A stretch of DNA of 64,000 bases from Botryllus schlosseri (lineage: Eukaryota), in contig CM119372.1 in the NCBI GenBank assembly GCA_051294905.1, forward strand, positions 23,252,001 to 23,316,000. The letters are read 5' to 3'. A program made the translations under genes and the position numbers. The notes beneath the pieces are model-generated. The model had not been told where the DNA came from. It did no database searches and saw nothing but the letters and a program-made list of their open reading frames with translations. Shown piece by piece: positions 14,501 through 26,300 of the stretch. Position 1 is the stretch's first letter, and each line of letters starts with the position of its first letter.

Positions 14501-17500
14501 AACAAAACGTCAAATGGACGGAGGGTATTGTGTGTTTTCACGGACAGCAGATCAAATCAATGAGTTACACTTCAAAAGTACTAAAGTAAAAGGGAGGTCC
14601 TCAGATATGTTAAAGCGGCATGGACTTATAATAAATCCACATCTACTGGATACATGTTCCACTGGTGCACTAGATGCAGGAATTGACCAGCATTTTTGAA
14701 CCACGCTGAAGAGCATTGAATACTCATTCTTTCTAGTCGCCCAAAAATGCCAAGAATCATCGCCTTCAAATTCGCAGATGAGCTTATCGGTCTCTTCCAA
14801 GTACTTGACCATCTGAGTCATTTCATTAGCTCTAATTGAACTTTGTTTCGATTGTTTGATTGTATGGTCTTGAGTACTTTGATTGCGGAGGATCTATTAC
14901 CTCTTCATCACTGGATCATTTTGTGCTCGGTTGCTACTAGGCACCATTGTCTGCTACTTTTACGGCGGCATATCTGATATCAGACGAGTGCAACGAAAGC
15001 ACTGGTGACAAATAGCAATGTCGGCAGAATTCGTCAGATGCGTTGATCTAACCATTACGACTCGCAAATTTCTTCATCTTCAAGTCATATAAAATAAGCC
15101 AAGTCAATGACTTGGGTCGAGTCATGCGTAATGACTCGAGTACAAGTCGAGTCAATCCAAATATTGACTCAAGTCAAGTCATTTTCCCATTTCAAGAAAA
15201 TGACTCGAGTCAAGTCGAGTCACAAAAAAATCGTGACTCGAGTCGTGTCATGACTCGAGTCATTACAACCCTGGTAAGCCACCACTGGTATTTCGTCTAT
15301 CAGTACTGGTACTGTGTAAATTGTGGAAAATTACTCTATGATGAATGCAAGGTATTCAATATCAGTAAAACAGAGTTGTAAAAAGTGAGTTGAACAGGTT
15401 TGAACTTGATAATGAACAGTGAACACAATGAGTTGGACTCGGACTCGAGTCACAACACGGTGACTCGGACTGAAACCTGTAAACACTGACTTGGACTCGG
15501 TGGTGAAGTGAAAATGACTCTAGTCAAAACTATAAAAGTAGAATTGTTCACTTTGTGGCACATGTACAGTAGTTGTAGCGTACTCTGAACTAACCGTAAA
15601 GGCGGTCAGTAACGTAGTACTTGTACTTTTTTGGAGTACTCAAGTAGGTTTGCCCACTTTTACTTAACAGTTTTCAGGTTTAACCTGACTCAAGGTAGTG
15701 CCAGGCGGACTCGTTGCGCCTTTGCAAGCCACCCACGGTTCGAGAATTTTTTGATCCACAACATAGGAATGAATCCAAATTTTATAAATGTGTCACGGTA
15801 TCAGTCTTTTTCCGTAAAGTATACCCATAATCGGTCAATTTTGTGTTATGGTTGCCATCTTTGATTGACGGGTGAGATTATGTGACGCTCTAATTGCACT
15901 TGAAATACTTTTGGCATGTCTTGGAAATCGCCATTTGCACTTGCAGTCAAGTAGATATTTACGGTATTTTTGTTACTTCTTCTCGAGTAGTAATTCTGAC
16001 TGCTATGACCACTTTGGGGCGCATGCCGGGTGCATTGACAATGGCATGATGCATTGGCGTGCCATTCCTAAAGCATGGACCGCGGTAACCTATCCATTTC
16101 TGGCCAAGTAAATGACGTCTTCTGATTGCTGAATGTGGCAGGCAGGCATTCTGATGCAGTTGCAGTTGGATCACTGCGCAATTCGCATATGTATGAATCA
16201 AAAATAGCGCCTGGAGTCCCTCACAATATATCAAACCACGTTTCACAAAACTTTTCGATTGACGCTCGTCAGGAAGAATCGTAAATACAAGGGCAAATAC
16301 AGATGATATGATTTATATTATTATGACGCTACATTAAGTAATTAATACATCAGATGTCAAAATAGCAACCAAGCATGGCATGGTAACGGTGAAACAAATT
16401 GAGGCGGGGGATTTGATTGGTCAACGTATAGGTATCACATCAAATGCTGTTCGAAATTATCAAACTATATAGGAATTCTTTGTGTCAGTATAACTTTTAA
16501 TTAGGGTTTTGAATAAAAATTGCTCCCGATACAATTAAATGGAATGCAGGATGAGACATTACTACTCCGTTCAATTTTGTAATTTGTATTTACCCTTGAT
16601 GTATTGGCAATTCTTCCTGACGAGAGTTGATCGAAAAGTTTTGAAATACGTGAAGCGATACATTGCAATGGTCGTTTCATTATGAGTCATATTCTAGGTC
16701 CTGTAGCATGAAAAAATGATACTTTTCATTCTTGAGCCTTTATTCATGGCCAACTTCGCTTGTTACTGCGCATTATATAGTTTCTTTATGGATCCATTTG
16801 GAATTCTTGTGGTCAACTATACGAAGAATCGGGTTGGGTAAGAATCCCAATGCTTTACGACTTGACCCCCGTTACCATACGTCCTCCTTTTTCAAGAAAT
16901 CGAAAATGTCCTCCGAGGACGCCCAAATGACCTCTTCTTTCGCTATTCTTCCACCTTCATAGCTTTGAGAACCAGGCGGTTGTAAAAATGCCCTAAATGA
17001 CGTGAAATCTGGATTTCGACAGCAGTGACGGCAAGGTTGACTAAAAATAAGTAAACGCCAAGCGTCTTTCCATGGGTGCGGGTATTTCGGGAGTCAAGTT
17101 GGAAAAATGACCTTATTTTAGTCAACCCATTTATATTTCGCGTGAAAAAAAATTAATTTACCCGTTTTCTCGTCCGCTATTACGTCTTTTATAACTTGTA
17201 AAAGTGTCCTCTTTCGGATCGCAAAATGTGGTGACCCTACTACGGCTGGATCTCTTCTCCGTAGGCCGTCATTTAGGTGGGATTTGCCCTACCGACGAGA
17301 GTGAGTAGATTGTAAGATTTAATTTGTTATTATATAAAAATAATTTTACAGATAAAATGCCATGGTAATAATCAAATTAATTAAGGTACAGTTGGCCATG
17401 GTTTATTGTAACGTAAAACTCGATCGGCTTATGTTGTTTTCAGGAGAATAAAGAACCTTTGCACGACGTGGTTGATTTACTCGAAGGGAGTGGTTGAAAG

Positions 17501-17615
17501 CTTGTTCACGCGGATTTTCATCATGGTTTTGATTGTTTATTTGTACCTGTTCCGTTCTATACATTGTTCCGTTGCATGTTGGCTGCCGCATTCTTACTTA
17601 ACGCGATATATGTAG
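5564..17615 (+). CDS. 3' part of a spliced gene for a coiled-coil protein with a long low-complexity S/T-P-rich tail (identity unknown; no start codon identified)
   Basis: Phase-consistent GT-AG exon chain: 5564-5722 (IRNLELQLQEKTTDNENLRRELNEAHE...QSDKIE, heptad-like), 6809-7097, 7154-7333, 11080-11173, 11715-11883 (KRKRELGGSPLKRVR), 12771-12814, 12875-12973, 13038-13116. The terminal exon starts at 17444 and ends at 17497 or 17615 depending on frame. Confidence 0.65.
6575..6683 (+). repeat. Dispersed repeat, probable LINE/SINE 3' end
   Basis: GACTACTCCAAGTC...CGACACCTTCCTATCTTT...AATAAA; similar copies at ~18872-18980 (-) and ~38000-38130 (+, followed by a (GAT)n tail). Confidence 0.6.
8284..9270. 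mobile_element. hAT (Buster/Charlie-like) MITE
   Basis: TIR CAGTGGTTCTCAACC / GGTTGAGAACCACTG; perfect TSD GACTAGGT. Confidence 0.9.
9288..10420. mobile_element. hAT (Buster/Charlie-like) MITE
   Basis: TIR CAGGGGTGGGCAAACT / AGTTTGCCCACCCCTG; GCGGCCCGCG subterminal motifs; imperfect TSD (aaatagg / caatagg). Confidence 0.8.
13318..15273 (-). mobile_element. Non-autonomous hAT element (GACTCGAGTC family), older copy
   Basis: TIR CAGGGTTGTAA; perfect TSD GTAAGCCA; GACTC/GAGTC subterminal arrays; diverged homologue of 24316-26402. Confidence 0.92.
14552..14821 (-). pseudogene. hAT transposase C-terminal dimerisation-domain remnant
   Basis: FWATRKNEYSMLFSVVQKCWSIPASSAPVEHVSSRCGFII...LKCN fits the hAT dimerisation motif (FW...LSIPASSAPVERVFS..G...LK.N). 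Confidence 0.85.
16215..16675. mobile_element. Inverted pair of putative Penelope-like termini with hammerhead-like cores
   Basis: Arms ~16215-16305 and ~16585-16675 are inverted homologues, each with TTC-CTGACGA-N8-CGAAAAGTTTT. Confidence 0.5.
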
Positions 17616-18463
17616 AGCCGTTATGATCGCAGACCGTATTAGGTAACTTTATAATAGCCTTGAAACGACCACGGAACAAAAAGCGGAACGAGAGATGTTA
17701 GTATCTACCTTCAGACAGAAGAGGTCACTCTCACCGTCTTACAGCGCTACGTTATTGTTGTCATGAGCGTTCTTTTACGAAAGAGAGAGGATAGATGGGG
17801 CGATTAGCCTATAACAGTAGTCGATTATGATTAAGTCTGGGCAATATCGAGTACCTGAGTGATTCTATAATGGATCAAGCAGCGTCGAGTTCACTCACTG
17901 TGCGTAGCTATTATACCTAGCAGCCCATGACGTGTGATAATCTAGTAAAGTGGACTTTGACTTTTTGTTAACGCTAGACCTCTGTTTTAGCAGACCACCG
18001 CTGAAACTTTCTGGAAAAAAGACATGAAATATATTTTCCGCTCTTTAGAAGTAGTAATTGTACTTTTCTCTCAATTACGAGTAATATACGTGGAGTTCTA
18101 ATTATAGTTTCAGTTCTATTGTCTGGAAAACATGCATGTTATGTTGAAGTATAAAAGCAAGTGTAGTATTGTCTTATATTTTCTGAAAATAAAGCTATAC
18201 TCTATATAGCATTTTTACGATTTGCCTTTTTTTTAATTAACGTATACTAATCGCGCAAAGTGTCAAAGCCATATCCGACACAACTTCTCCTTATTGCTCT
18301 TTAATTGAACTAGGGGCCCTATAACCTGGGGGTGGGCGCCATGCCATGATAATCTCTAAAACGGGGTGTTCGAGTAAACAAAGAATTATTATCGCATTTC
18401 CATATCAATGCTATCATTTACATCCCAGTAGATGCCCAAACTGTCAAAAATTGACACCTCCTG

Positions 18464-18831
18464 GGATGCGAGACAGCGCAGTGGTATCATCCGCGGCTGC
18501 AACACCAATGGGTGCGGGTTCGAGTCCGACCGAGGTCGACTTCCGATTTTCGATAGCTAAGTTGTTTTGGGGTATTCATGGTGTTTGTCGACTACTATGG
18601 TCATTTACACCAGGCCGATATTCTTCTTATTTTCCGTAACTGCCGACTTATAGCACGGCCCACCTCTAGGCTTTTGTAAGACACCGCTGACGCGGATGAG
18701 GTGGCGAGGAGGAGCCTAGGTAAACCTCCAACACTTAGGTATCGAAATTAGGAAGTCGACCTCGGTCGGACTCGAACCCGCACCCGTTGGTGTTGCAACC
18801 GCGGATTATACCACTGCGCTATCTCGCCACC
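18464..18831 (-). mobile_element. tRNA-derived SINE with an inverted second head
   Basis: A-box-like AGCGCAGTGG and B-box GGTTCGAGTCC at both ends in opposite orientation; core TGTTGGAGGTTTACCTAGGCTCCTCCTCGCC shared with other copies. Confidence 0.8.
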
Positions 18832-20239
18832 TAGTTCCTAATGGTGACTACATTGAGAACCATGTCAATCAGGTTTATTAATATTTTCATCGTTTCAAAA
18901 CATCACAAGACTGCGATACAATGAAAAGATAAGAAGGTGTCGAAACAACTTGGAGTAGCCATTAAGATCAGACACCCACCTTACCAACCATGTTGGACCA
19001 TTGTTGTATTGGGGGTTTATTTACCCTTTCGTCAGAGTATTTCTTACTAAAAATCTCAAATGCTGTTAGAAATATACTGGATAATACATGAATTATTTCA
19101 TTTACTCATAATTGCTTCTCGTACCGGATGAAATCGTCTGCCGGACTGGATGCAGCCCGCGTACTATATGCTCGACATCCCTGATCTACACCAAGCGGCC
19201 TTTGCTGAAAACGCTTCGCTCAGGTTCCAGTACCAGTAATATCTACCTCTATATGCGGCCCGTGGAAATAATCTTATTTTGATCAACAAATATCTGATCC
19301 TCGTTAACTGACTAAAGAGTGACGTTCAGTATCAACACGGTTTCGAAGCTCTATTAAAAATTATGTATCATTCAAAAATATATCATTCGCTATGGTAATT
19401 AGAGCGTACATTACGTGTAATCTATTGAATAGAATGAAAAGGAACATAGAATCCAATTTTAGTCAAAATGTTGCGTGACTCTAAAAAATAAGAGATGTTC
19501 CGTATTTCACCGGAAACTCGATTTCACCACAGGAAGCAGAAATATAAATTACGGTAACTCTGCAGGGTAAAGCATATACAACAGAGTCATGTGTCACTCC
19601 AGTAAAAGCGTAAAATGAAATCGATATATATGTCCTGGTTATGCGCTGCATGGCATGCCATATATCATTTGACTGTTATCAAAATTCAGAACACATAATG
19701 GTGTAAATATATAGTGTTATATACATAATACTACGCGTATCAACGTCACACGTCTGTGAATGACACAAGAGAAACTGTGGCCGCAGTTGTAGCATCGCCT
19801 GGCATGATAATGGTAATTACAGATTATTAACTTCAGGACAAGTCGTTTTACAGTGGATGTGTCGTTCGTTGCGCTTTGTTAAGAAATCGCGTAACTGTAC
19901 GCACCTGACTGGAAAATAGACACAATCTGACGATGCCAAATCACGGTTAATTAGTTTGTACATGCACTGCACTGCCGATTTGTAATAGGGTTCACGATAC
20001 ACAGTCAAATTCTCAATCAACAATTAGCGATATAGCGAGACACGCAAGCATTTCGACTTGACTAGAGTATCCTAATGAATTTTCACTTGACGCGAATTTG
20101 GCACGTAAATGGAGACTGGAGAGATAAGTCGAGATCCATATCCCGGGCATATCATGAAGTGAAATACAGTTACAGGTAATATCGAAAGAGGTAAAATGAA
20201 AAAGTGAATAGGTCATCCAGAAATCATCGCATTTTCCGT

Positions 20240-21304
20240 TCACCGCTTTTTGTTCTTTTGCCCTTGTCCAGTTTGAGCATCTTGCGTTTTCTTCTCAAAG
20301 AAATCCTCCGGGTATTGAGCACCGTTGTCGGTTCTGAAATTTAGTAACGGTATCGAATTGAAATAGATATCTTACTGCTATTAAGATTGTCTATTGCTAT
20401 CACAAAAACCTCTCTGTAAAGCACGGTTCCTTGCGGATATAACAGTCAAGAAAATTCCACACCATGACAGACACGTACGTTTATTGTTTCAATATGCGTA
20501 CCGTGTGTTCGACCTAACAAGGCTGTTGCGTTTGGCGTCACTGCCGCAACCCAAATCCAGACTTTCACGTTTGGTATAAGTGAACCTTGATAGTAGGTTC
20601 GCGGTCGTATGTACGTTCTATCCGATGAATATCTTTGGCGACGCGTAAAATCGATGATGAAATTTCCGTGCTTTCCAACCGAATCACTGACAGCATGAAG
20701 GGGAATTCAAGACAAAACTTATGACGTCATAAATTATAGTGACTTTTGCATATGTCGTTTGACATATCACGCTATTTTTGTTGTACATAATAAAATGTCA
20801 GGATGGAAATTTGTGGACCTGTAATATTTCAGAATTTTACTGACGAGTTGTTATAATATAATGAGATAGGTGATTTCGCTAAAGTGACTTCGCTATGCGT
20901 GACATCTAACAAATTGCAAACTTCGTGGCTACTATTCTTGTGCGATGTCTGGCGCGGATAGAAAGGTATAAAAGCTCTTTCCAATGCAACTCCCAGTCGA
21001 ACCGAAATTCAAAATAATTCAATCTAAATTTTGCTAATTCCGATAAGCGGGCCAAATGTGATATTTATCAGACTATATAAACATATAGGCCAATGTTGAC
21101 ATGTACGCATATTTGCTTGGAATTAGCATTCGGATGTTATACACGACGCGACAGCTCCGCGCTCACGTTTGTGTTCACATATAACTTTTTAGTTTGTGTT
21201 CACTCGAACCATGCTCTTTCAGTTTCATAGGATCGCACCTGGTGACGCATCATTCCTGTGTACATCTCGATGTACATAACTGCGTCCGCGCTTTTCATCA
21301 ACTT
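20240..21304 (-). CDS. Putative exons of an unidentified gene, or an alternative 3' extension of the C21orf58-like gene
   Basis: Phase-compatible chain 21304-21239 (KLMKSADAVMYIEMYTGMMRHQ), 20617-20502, 20333-20240 (TDNGAQYPEDFFEKKTQDAQTGQGQKNKKR*). Other frames are also open. Confidence 0.3.
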
Positions 21305-21542
21305 CTGTGTTACTCATTGGGATAGAATGATAGATGGGTGATATGTTTACAGGCTTCGTCGGTATTAGGGATGGTGGATCATTTTGGTTAGCATCGGGCA
21401 TAGTTTACTCTGCTACTGCCCAGTAATTGTGCTCATTTATCTTTGCTTTAGCCCGTTTTCTTGCCTAGCACATGGCAAGGGCGAAACTAAACCAATTTAT
21501 TATTTTAGACCTATATTTCTCAAAACCGTTAACATGGTAGAG

Positions 21543-23153
21543 GAGGGGTGAACAAACTTTTCGCCTCGCGGGCCGCATTCAACATCTGAATCCATTCGCG
21601 GGCCGCGCTATATGAAATTGAGAATAATAACCAAATTTTATTTAATTACAATAGGGACCGTGGAAATATGAAGATGTATTGTATATGTATAATACACACG
21701 TATTGTATATGTAATACAAACCAAACATTGATTGGGTGATATGATACCGGATACAGTAGACACGAGTCAGAAACATTGAGAAGGTTTTCTAAGATGGTCG
21801 TCCTCAATAACGAATTTGTCAAATAAGGGACAAAAGTCGGTTGTTCCGATTCATAGAACAGGATAAAATTTGAATCTATGAGGATCGATCTGTTTCACTG
21901 ATTCTACTTTTGCATTACCTCCAGCCAGGGTTGTAATGTCTCGAGTCATGATTTAATCAGAGCCCTACTCTAGTTGCGGTTTGCGGTGACTCGACTCATT
22001 TTACTAAAATAGGGAAAATGACACGACTCAACTTGAGTCAATTTATGTATTGACTCGACTTGTACTCGAGTCATTACGCATATCTCGTCCAAGTCATACC
22101 AGACTGGGTCGGCCAAGATAGGCATTTCATTGTAACTTTGAAGAATAGTAAAGTTACTGCATTATTCGTATTTCGCCTATCAGTACTCGCACTTGAAGAA
22201 TAGGGCTAGAAGTTGTCAAGAGTGAGGAAATTAGAATAGTACGAATGCGAGGCAATCGATATCACCCAAGCAGAGTTGTAAAAACGGACTTGACACAAAA
22301 TGCTGATATCATCATAGCCATGTTATCTTCAAATACGCATCTACGATTATTGATGATATAAATATAAAATACTTCTACACATATCGAGGACGAATCTACC
22401 TAACACATGCGCGAATACCAGTGTTCCAAAGGGCAGCACTAAAAGTATTAAACTTCTTGGAGTTGCCAATTTAAAATCACACCCGTTTGCCGAATTATGT
22501 CATTTCCGTTTTGACTTTTTGTGATGTTTGGCAATTGGAACCTTTGAAGAGACTCTTTGGGGTACAGAACTTTAATATACATTTTAATAATATATTCATA
22601 GTAAAATATATTACTAATTTCCATCTGTCTGCACTGGAATCGACTTATATTAAAATCCACCGACCGCGCTTGTGTCAGCAGAAGGAATTTTTAGTGAATC
22701 TAAAAATTGTCCACTAGCTGCGCTCGCGGTTTGCCTGTATTTCATGTTGTTTTGTTTCTATGACGTCATAATTGGTTGTATGCAATGTAGCTAGATGCAT
22801 GTTTTTGAAATTCTCCATTTGCTGACGATTGCCCTTGAAAAGTGTCAGCTCGAAAAGCTTCGGGTTTTAATATATTTTACTATAAATATATTATTTAAAT
22901 GTAAATTGGAACCTTTTAAAATGCTCGGGCCTTGAGGTCAGGCTATTGCGCTAGCAATAAAATATGAAAAGAAACATCCTAGTAAGACTATAACTTAGCA
23001 TTGTCATGGTGAAATGTATTAGAAAAATGCTTAGTAAAGTCGCTGCAACAATTATATTTTCAGTACGCATTTTATCAATAATAATAAAACGCTTCTTGAG
23101 GCTTTCGGGGGCCGCATAAAACGGTGTTGCGGGCCGTAGTTTGCCCACCCCTG
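21543..23153. mobile_element. hAT MITE of the 9288-10420 family (opposite orientation) carrying nested insertions
   Basis: Ends GAGGGGTGAACAAACT / AGTTTGCCCACCCCTG; TSD-like tggtagag / gcgtagag; 21543-21925 is a reverse homologue of ~10060-10420; a GACTCGAGTC-family fragment starts at ~21926. Confidence 0.75.
22590..22870 (+). mobile_element. Penelope-like retroelement 3' fragment (GIY-YIG C-terminus plus pLTR with hammerhead motif)
   Basis: FHLSALESTYIKIHRPRLCQQKEFLVNLKIVH* (stop at 22717), then CTGACGA...CGAAAAGCTTCGGG at 22822-22864. Confidence 0.7.
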
Positions 23154-23348
23154 GCGTAGAGTCTACTGTAAAGGTCTAATGGGAACGCGAACCTCTTATT
23201 TATGAAAGGTTCGCATACCGAACACGAACGTGAACATACTATTCGTATCATCACTAAACTAGGTCGACAGCTATATCATTCGTGAGACGATATTCTTGAT
23301 TGATTACTCAAACCCTTTGCTAGTTAATTTACAGAGTATAGGTCTTCA

Positions 23349-26300
23349 TTACTTTTTGATGGGTGGTAAAGCGCCATTTTGTCCGTAATAGTAATGATGA
23401 TGGCCGCCGTCGTCCGCGGAACCTGACCGTCTCGCGAGTGTTTGCGCCATCATCCATTGCTGTAATTGTGCGTTCTGGATCAACATCAATTCCATGAGAT
23501 CTAAGAGAAAAGGTGAAAATGTCGGAGACGCAACGAAATAGACAGGACGGCATCTTTTTATTAACACCGGTCGCTCGCTGATCTGCGTAAGCTGTGTCTC
23601 AAAAAGTTTACAAGCGGCCCTTGCTACAAATCAGCAGATACGGAATCATAATAAGATAATCTCCGAGTGATGTAAATGACCGTTGTAGTCGAAAAAATAC
23701 CATGAATACCACAAACCACAATCTTCTAACAAATTTTGGACGTCGTAGTGGCAAGACAAATGCCGCTGAGAAAAATGAATTGGAAAATTTCCGGATCCAT
23801 CTGATACGTCAGTTTAAATTAGCATGACTGCCAGCAAGATGTGGTACCCTTAGCGAATATAAAGCTAGATTTTAGGTCAGCGTGAAGAAAGTACTTGGTT
23901 ACCGCGGACGTGCTTTGAACACGTACGCACACTTTTTCTTCCCATTAGCCGTAGACCCCTGCTGCGTAGACCCCTATCCTAGTTTCCAAGTACGATAAGC
24001 TGGGGTACATATGCGTGTGGCCAAGAGTTGGTGAAAGACGATCTTGTCCCTTACAAAAAATATGTAATCGGACTTATGGCATCAATATTGTGACGTCACG
24101 TCATCTCTGCACCTCTTAACTATTGAAAGCATCTCTAATATAGTTATTCTCTGACCGATCATATCGCGCATTTAATACACGATAACACTCACTGTAGTAA
24201 CGGTTTTATCATATTTGTAGGGTAAGGGGACATTGTATGAAAACAGGAAGGATTCGGGACTTTTACTGCGGTCTTATTTTTAACGAAGGTTGTTTCTGCA
24301 CGCGGAGACTCACACCAGGGTTGTAACCAAGTCACATGGTTCCGAGTCACGAGTCAATCTGACTTTTGTGGTTTTGACTCGAGTCGAGTCGAGTCATTTT
24401 CAATTCATCACCGACTCGAGTCCGAGTCCAAGTCACCGTTTTAAGGGTCAAGTCCGAGTCATAGTGTTTTGACTCGAGTCGAGTCCAAGTCACAGTATTG
24501 AAGTCATGTTCAACTTATGTTTTCAATTCTGCTTGGGTGATATCGAATTCCTTGCTTGCCAAACATGCTTATTTTGTCCCTATCATAGTCTTGGCACATG
24601 TTTATTTAGGCAGATAACAGACAGTTCCTGGCCTCATTTACCGATGCTAAAGATAGACGAGACAGGCCGCCAATACGATAAATTTACTAATTTTAGAACT
24701 TTAAATCAAATATCTGTCTTGTCAGTCTGATATATCACAAATACAAGCATTCAGTTTTTATTACGAGCACATCGCCGACCGCTCACAAATAGCTTATAGA
24801 GAATTAACGAATTCACGTCTACATACTATCTGATAGAGAACCTACGAATTCACGTCTAGCTAGATACAAGCTGGTAAAGAATCAACAGATAAACGTTTAT
24901 GTAGAGGTACAGTTTTGCTTTCACATTATATCAGGTGGTTGACCAGAAAAAGGTCAATTTTCCTGCTCAGCTCCCGAAATAGTCGCCGGAGCGTTACTTT
25001 AGTGCTGATTTACTGTTATCTTAGTCGAATTTGCCCTACATTTACCAAAAAAATTCTCAAAAATGAGGACAGAATCTCAAAAAGGAGGCTACTTCTTAAA
25101 ATTGTTAGATGATCTAAAATAACTTAAATTTGGCTCAATTCCAACCAGTAGAGAGCAATGTTAAGAGAAAATATTTTGGATTAATTACAAATAGAGACTT
25201 TCGGATTTTACCGGCTACCTCATGATATTGTTAGATTGTGTAAAAATATGATTCATAGCAGATTTGGCTCAATTCCAACTAGAAGAAGCGAAGTTATTAG
25301 AGTGGAATATTTTGGATATGAAAAAATAGTCGACTTACAACTAGTATGTAATTATATTATATGAAATCATTTCTCACTAAAAATACTCCGTGTATTTCCA
25401 AATCCAAAATTTTCTCCTCTCATATCATTGATTCCACTTTTTAAAATTAAGCCAGATTCAGTGTTCTTTTTATGCAACGTAACAATTTTATCAAGTAACC
25501 ACCCAGTATAATAAAAAAAAAGTTATTTTTGATCGGCGCTATTGTACAAACATCACGCAACATTAGCCATTCATTATTACTCACGTGCACAATGCACATA
25601 CCTAACAAAACGTCAAATGGACGGAGGGTATTGTGTGTTTTGACAGACAGCAGATCAAATCAATGAGTTACACTTAAAAAATACTAAAGTGGAAAGGAGA
25701 TTCTCATATATGTTGAGGCGGCATGGCCTTAGAATAATCCACACCCACTGGATACACGTTCCACTGGTGCATTAGATGCAGGAATTTTAAACCACACTGA
25801 AGAGCATTAGATACTCATCCATTCTAGTCGCCCGAAAATGCAAAGAATCATCGCCTTCAGATCTACATATGATCTTATCATTATCTTCCAAGTAGGCTAC
25901 TTGACCATCTGAGTCATTTCATTGGCTTTAATTGGACTTTGCTTCGATTGTTTGCTTGTTTAATTGAAAATTCTTGAGTACTTTGATGGCGGAGAATCTA
26001 TTACCTCTTCATTACTGGATGATTTTGTACAATGCATTGCTCTTTGCTACTATGTACCATTGTCTTTTGTTTTTACGGCGGCATATCTGATATCAGACGA
26101 GTGCAACGAAAGCAGTGGTGACAAATAGCGATGTCGACCGAATTCGTCACATGCGTTGATCTAACCATTGTGGTTCGCAAATTTCTTCACCTTCAAGTCA
26201 TATAAAATAAGCCGAGTCAATGACTTGAGTCGAGTCATGCGTAATGACTCGAGTACAAGTCGAGTCAATCCAAATATTGACTCGAGTCGAGTCGAGTCAT

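Noticed and set aside
16865..17240. Open minus-strand frame as an exon
   Set aside because: The region has GTTACCATACGTCCTC...GGTGACCCTA ends typical of a decayed MITE.
18468..18545. Functional tRNA genes (also at 30296)
   Set aside because: A and B boxes are present, but acceptor and anticodon stems pair poorly and SINE body sequence follows.
24316..24500. GACTCGAGTC / GATTAC / CTACTT arrays as CRISPR or satellite
   Set aside because: There is no fixed repeat-spacer periodicity; they are subterminal motifs inside TIR/TSD-bounded hAT elements.
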